A DNA stretch of 64,000 nucleotides, taken from NCBI GenBank assembly GCA_944391705.1, contig CALXUN010000003.1:26208-90207 (forward strand), read 5' to 3'. The DNA is from an uncultured Alphaproteobacteria bacterium (GTDB lineage Bacteria; Pseudomonadota; Alphaproteobacteria; RF32; CAG-239). The stretch's first letter is position 1. The number at the start of each line of letters is the position of its first letter. Below the pieces are notes generated by a model. That model ran no database searches and had not been told where the DNA came from. It saw only the letters and a program-made list of their open reading frames with translations. The translations under genes were made by a program, and so were the position numbers. Shown one piece after another: positions 59,519 to 64,000 of the stretch.

Positions 59519-59881
59519 TTATACGCGCCCGTATACATCTTCAAAACGGACGATGTCGTTTTCATCCAAATTATCACCGGTCTGAATTTCGATAAAAACC
59601 ACCTCTGATTGACCGTCGTTTTGGATTCGGTGTTTTGTTTCTGCCGGAATATAAACCGATTCGTTTGCTTTGCGCACAAACTTATCTTCACCCAAAGTTA
59701 CGACCGCCTCCCCACCGACAATAATCCAATGTTCGGCACGGTAATGGTGCATCTGTAAAGACAGCTTTCCGCCCGGGATAACACATATCTTTTTAACGCA
59801 ATAATTTTCACCGGCTTCCACAACTTCCCACGTTCCCCACGGACGGGTATCTTTACTACCTTTTTTGTACTTGTTTTCCAT
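59519..59881 (-). CDS. cupin-domain protein (mannose-6-phosphate-isomerase-type cupin 2)
   Basis: The G(x)5HxH...E...H cupin motifs (PGGKLSLQMHHYRAEHWIIVGGEAVV...YIPAETKHRIQN). Confidence 0.75.
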   Translation of the reverse strand: MENKYKKGSKDTRPWGTWEVVEAGENYCVKKICVIPGGKLSLQMHHYRAEHWIIVGGEAVVTLGEDKFVRKANESVYIPAETKHRIQNDGQSEVVFIEIQTGDNLDENDIVRFEDVYGRV

Positions 59882-60024
59882 CGCAATAATACATTAATTA
59901 TGTTAAAACTTTTTTGAAGTTAGCCCGAATCGTTTTTAAAATCAAGGTAAAAACAAAGTTTGTGCTTGATGAAAATAAATATAAATAATATAAAGAAATA
60001 AATAAAATTGAAACGGGAAAAATC

Positions 60025-62253
60025 ATGCAAACAAACGCGGCAAACCAGGCAATGGATATTCTCCGGCAAATTCAGCTGGCTGTTTCCGAAAACGATGAGC
60101 CGGCCGTCAAGCTTGAAAACACCATGCATATTTTAACCGAAAGCTTCGGTGCCGATGCGGCGGTCTGCTATGTTACCGTTGATGAAAATTATCTTGAACT
60201 TTTAAGCCAATACGGCGTTGAAAATGACGCTTTCAAACGCAACATCCGTTATGGAGAAGGTTTTGCAGGCAACATCGCTGCCAGCCGCCGTTCACTTTTC
60301 CGGATAGATAAAAACAACCGTTTTTACAAATCAGCGCTCGGCGTTCCCCTGTTGCGCTGGAACCGGACTTCCGGTATTATTCTTATCGTTCATAAAGAAG
60401 CCTACCAATACAGCCAGGCCGAGGTTGAAACCTTGGAAACCGTTGCTTTGTTTTTTACGGCAACGCTGTTTAGCGAGGAAATGGCCAATTACAAGAAAAA
60501 ATTAATCAAATCACGCGGTTTGAATTTAAAAGACCGGTTAAAAGGCGTTATTTTAAATAAAGGCTACGGCGTCGGTTCCGCCGTTGTTCATCAGCGCCGC
60601 CAGGCTTTAACTAAAATTTTTGCCGAAAACAAAGCCAAAGAGCTGGCGCGCTTAGAAGACGCCAAAGAGCGCATGAACAAAAGCCTGGATGAAAAATTTA
60701 ACACCACCCGTTTAGGCATCGGTGAACATACCGACATTCTGGAAACATACCGCATGTTTGCCCGTGACAAAGGCTGGTACCAGAAAATTTCCGACAACAT
60801 TGAAAGCGGACTGACCGCCGAAGCCGCCGTTGAGCGGGCTTATGAAGATACCTGGAACCGGCTTTCCGGCAGCAGTGATGTATATTTAAAAGAAAGACTG
60901 CATGATTTAAGGGATGTCGCTGACCGCCTGCGCTTGTTTTTAAGCGGCGACGATGAAAAACTCAATTCCAAAACAACGGACGAAGACATCATTATTGTTG
61001 CCCAGACCATGGGACCTGCCGACCTGATGGATTATGATTACAAAAAAATCCGCGGACTGATTATTGAAGACGGCACCCCGACCATGCACGTATCCATTGT
61101 CGCCAAGGCCTTAAACATTCCGGTTATTGCCAAAATCCGCGGCATTTTTAAAGATGTCAAAGAAGGTGAAATCCTGGCGCTTGACGGACAGGAAGGTTAT
61201 GTATATATCAACCCGGCCGACGATATCGTCCAAAAGTTCAAATCTCGCCAGAAAAACATGGCGCTTTTGCTTGAGCAACTCAAAAAATTAAAACGCTACC
61301 CCAACAAAACGCTGGACGGCACCAAAATTAACTTAAGCATTAACGTCGGACTGGACTTTGACTTTGATTATCTCGATTCGACCAAATGCGACGGCGTCGG
61401 TTTGTACCGTACCGAAATTCCGTTCATGTCATCTGAAAAAATGCCCGGCGTTCAGGATCAGGTTGCATTTTATAAGCGCCTGATAGAAAAAGCCGGCCGC
61501 AAAAAAGTTGTTTTCCGCAGTCTTGACGTCGGCTCAGACAAGCTTTTGCCCTACTGGAATGACATGAAAGAAGACAATCCGGCCATCGGCTGGCGCTCCA
61601 TTCGCATTACGCTTGACCGCCGCGCTATTTTGCGCCAGCAGATGAAAGCTTTCTTAAAAGCAGCGGCAGGCATTGAACTCAATGTCATGTTTCCGATGAT
61701 TTCAAGTCTGGAAGAATTTTTGGAAGCCAAAGAAACCCTGCTTTTGGAAATTGAAAAAGAAAAACGCCGCGGTGAAGAAGTGCCCAAAAAAGTAAACATC
61801 GGATTGATGATTGAAGTTCCTTCCATTATCTTCCAACTTGACGATGTTTTAAAAGAAGCCGACTTTATTTCCGTCGGTACAAATGACCTGGCGCAGTTTA
61901 TTTTTGCCTGTGATCGTGGCAACCCCCGTTTAAGCGACCGTTATGACGTTTTATCGGCACCTTTTTTGCGGGTTATGCGCGAAATTGTCAAAAAGGCAGA
62001 CAAAGCCGGTGTTTTATGTTCGGTCTGCGGCGAAATGGCAAGTAACCCGGTTGAAGCCATGGCGCTTATCGGCTTAGGCTTCAGGCGCTTATCCGTTGCC
62101 GGCTCTGCCTACGGCAACATCAAAAACATGATCCGTTCCTTAAGGGTTCAGGACATTACCGATTACGTGCAAACCCTTTTAAAATCGCCTAAACGGACAT
62201 TGCGGCCGCAATTATTGGCTTATGCCCATGATCATGGTATTGCAATCTCATAA
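60025..62253 (+). CDS. ptsP: phosphoenolpyruvate-protein phosphotransferase PtsP (EI-Ntr, GAF plus PEP-utilizing domains)
   Basis: N-terminal GAF followed by the EI phospho-His and PEP-binding domains (...GGRTSHAAI-like..., CGEMASNP...). Confidence 0.85.
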   Translation: MQTNAANQAMDILRQIQLAVSENDEPAVKLENTMHILTESFGADAAVCYVTVDENYLELLSQYGVENDAFKRNIRYGEGFAGNIAASRRSLFRIDKNNRFYKSALGVPLLRWNRTSGIILIVHKEAYQYSQAEVETLETVALFFTATLFSEEMANYKKKLIKSRGLNLKDRLKGVILNKGYGVGSAVVHQRRQALTKIFAENKAKELARLEDAKERMNKSLDEKFNTTRLGIGEHTDILETYRMFARDKGWYQKISDNIESGLTAEAAVERAYEDTWNRLSGSSDVYLKERLHDLRDVADRLRLFLSGDDEKLNSKTTDEDIIIVAQTMGPADLMDYDYKKIRGLIIEDGTPTMHVSIVAKALNIPVIAKIRGIFKDVKEGEILALDGQEGYVYINPADDIVQKFKSRQKNMALLLEQLKKLKRYPNKTLDGTKINLSINVGLDFDFDYLDSTKCDGVGLYRTEIPFMSSEKMPGVQDQVAFYKRLIEKAGRKKVVFRSLDVGSDKLLPYWNDMKEDNPAIGWRSIRITLDRRAILRQQMKAFLKAAAGIELNVMFPMISSLEEFLEAKETLLLEIEKEKRRGEEVPKKVNIGLMIEVPSIIFQLDDVLKEADFISVGTNDLAQFIFACDRGNPRLSDRYDVLSAPFLRVMREIVKKADKAGVLCSVCGEMASNPVEAMALIGLGFRRLSVAGSAYGNIKNMIRSLRVQDITDYVQTLLKSPKRTLRPQLLAYAHDHGIAIS

Positions 62254-62299
62254 TTTTTATGCTTAAATAATAAAAATTTTTTAGATAAGGATAACCGCA

Positions 62300-63223
62300 T
62301 TGGAAAAACAAAACGATACTCCGGTCAAAAATCCAGAAGATGCAGCAACTGTCGGCATGTTCTTAAAATATACGCGCCTCAATCAGAAAAAAACACTTGA
62401 TTCTGTCAGCAAAACCTTGTGTATCCGTAAAATTTACATCAAAGCCATTGAAGACAGCAATTTTGAAGAACTGCCGCCCGTACCGTACGGTATCGGTTTT
62501 GTTCGTTCTTACGCCGAATATTTAGGCTTAAACAGCGACCGTATTGTTCAGTGTTACAAAGAAGAATCCATGCCGCAAAAGAAGGAAGAGCCTATAAAAA
62601 AAGCCACGGTTTCCGACCGCAAAATTATGACAAAGCCAAATTTGCGGCAAATTTTAATCGGCATTGCCGCCATTTTATGCCTTTACTTAATCTGGCTGGT
62701 CTGGTGCAACAAAACGGAAAACACACCCCAAAAAACGGACATAACGGTAACTGAAAGCCAAATTCTTGAAGAACAGGAATTACCTTTGCCGGATTTGCCT
62801 ATTTTAACCGTACCTGAAGAAAACCTTAATACGGTAGTGTCAACAGAAGAAAAAACAATCATGCCATCAGAAGCCCTGACAACAACAGATGAAAGTGAAA
62901 TACCCGCAGCCGATTCGCAGATAAACATTACCAATGACAGTTATTACGGCGATTCGCCGGAAGAAATCCTCCCGGAAACCGATTCCAGGATAGTGGTTAA
63001 ATTCAAAGGAGAATCCTGGTTTGAAGTCCGCGATGATGCCAAAATATACATAACCGGAATTTTTGAAAAAGGATACATTTATAACGTACCGAATCAGCCC
63101 GGGCTGCGGCTTTCCGTCGGTCGTTACTACAACGTTGACATTTATGTTGACGGCAAACTGACAACGGTCGTCCGCCCGCGCAAACAGACAAATGTCGATT
63201 TAGATCCGTTTTTAAACCATTAG
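62300..63223 (+). CDS. rodZ: RodZ-like cytoskeleton protein (N-terminal HTH plus TM plus C-terminal DUF4115)
   Basis: HTH VGMFLKYTRLNQKKTLDSVSKTLCIRKIYIKAIE and a TM helix at about residue 120. C-terminal ...VVKFKGESWFEVRDD... TTG start in the ORF track. Confidence 0.6.
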   Translation: MEKQNDTPVKNPEDAATVGMFLKYTRLNQKKTLDSVSKTLCIRKIYIKAIEDSNFEELPPVPYGIGFVRSYAEYLGLNSDRIVQCYKEESMPQKKEEPIKKATVSDRKIMTKPNLRQILIGIAAILCLYLIWLVWCNKTENTPQKTDITVTESQILEEQELPLPDLPILTVPEENLNTVVSTEEKTIMPSEALTTTDESEIPAADSQINITNDSYYGDSPEEILPETDSRIVVKFKGESWFEVRDDAKIYITGIFEKGYIYNVPNQPGLRLSVGRYYNVDIYVDGKLTTVVRPRKQTNVDLDPFLNH

Positions 63224-63297
63224 CGCAATCGTTATATCGGGAAATGGCTCAGGTTTTTCTGTGCCGTTTCTTTGTTTAAATAAATTAGGAAAAAGAT

Positions 63298-64000
63298 ATG
63301 GAAAAAATACAAAATGTCCGCGGCACTTATGATTTATACGGTGCTGCCAAAAGAAAAGCCAAAAAAGTAATTGCAACCGCTTCCGCAGTTGTTGAAAAAT
63401 ACGGTTTTGAAGAAATTGAAACTCCGGTTTTTGAATTTACGGAAGTTTTTTCACGCAATCTGGGTGACACTTCGGATATCGTCACCAAAGAAATGTATTG
63501 CTTTGAAGACCGCGGCGGCGAAAGTCTGACTTTACGTCCCGAAGGTACGGCAGGCGTCGTCCGTTCGTTTATTTCCGAAGGCATGCAGCAAAATCTGCCG
63601 GTCAAATTATATTATGCCGGACCGATGTTCCGTTATGAACGGCCGCAAAAAGGCCGCCAGCGCCAGTTTACCCAGTTCGGTGTTGAGATGCTGGGCGTTG
63701 CAACGCCCCAAGCCGATATTGAGGTTATTGCCATGGCCTATGAATTTTTGGAAAATTTAGGCTTGGCCGGTGCCGTCACGGTTGAAATCAATTCTTTGGG
63801 CGATGCCGAAAGCCGGAAATCTTACCGCGAAAAACTGGTTGCTTATTTAAAACAGCATTATGATGAATTGTCCGAAGACAGCAAAGCACGGCTGGAAAAA
63901 AATCCGCTGCGCGTGCTGGATTCCAAGGAAGAGTGTGATAAAAAAATTGTTGAAAACGCCCCGCTTTACGCCGACAGCCTCAATGAGGAATCTGCCCGGT
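63298..64000 (+). CDS. hisS: histidyl-tRNA synthetase (5' part; continues beyond the window)
   Basis: [15 protein letters not shown]..., class II motif 1/2 context ([39 protein letters not shown]). Confidence 0.85.
   Translation, partial: MEKIQNVRGTYDLYGAAKRKAKKVIATASAVVEKYGFEEIETPVFEFTEVFSRNLGDTSDIVTKEMYCFEDRGGESLTLRPEGTAGVVRSFISEGMQQNLPVKLYYAGPMFRYERPQKGRQRQFTQFGVEMLGVATPQADIEVIAMAYEFLENLGLAGAVTVEINSLGDAESRKSYREKLVAYLKQHYDELSEDSKARLEKNPLRVLDSKEECDKKIVENAPLYADSLNEESAR

Overview
The window is a 64-kb chromosomal segment from a low-GC (about 40-45%) Gram-negative bacterium. Several genes point to an anaerobic alphaproteobacterium: an ATP12-family chaperone, a transhydrogenase split into pntAA/pntAB/pntB, AmpG, PtsP(EI-Ntr) and RodZ, alongside reverse rubrerythrin, a CoA-disulfide reductase with a rhodanese domain, and a high-molecular-weight rubredoxin. 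This taxonomic placement is inference only.

Most of the window is ordinary core genome: truB-rpsO-pnp, pntAA/AB/B, mpl-ldcA, asmA, an rluC/D-like gene, rarA, ampG, hslO, recX, ruvC, yebC, ptsP, rodZ and hisS.

The accessory part is a decayed island of about 8.4 kb at 6274-14642, next to an initiator tRNA-Met and bounded by 99-bp direct repeats. It carries:
- DUF2924 plus a frameshifted and truncated large serine recombinase;
- a divergent, C-terminally truncated MetK-like gene;
- a chimeric secreted protein with EF-hand-like Ca-binding repeats, co-transcribed with a multi-pass membrane protein;
- two diverged 5' fragments of an hlyB-type (RTX/T1SS) ABC-exporter gene, each behind a palindromic putative operator, with the second fragment cut exactly at the right-hand repeat;
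- a strongly AT-rich block.

I read this as the remains of a type-I-secretion-dependent toxin or bacteriocin locus with module swapping.

Other notable items are a structured ~146-bp repeat element present twice with compensatory stem changes, an RtcB plus pol-beta nucleotidyltransferase pair flanked by gene remnants, a Fic-wHTH protein carrying an in-frame 12-bp tandem repeat, two tandem mini-ORFs upstream of the tRNA, a DEAD-box-like protein lacking the helicase C domain, and a conserved hypothetical gene between recX and ruvC. No CRISPR array was found.
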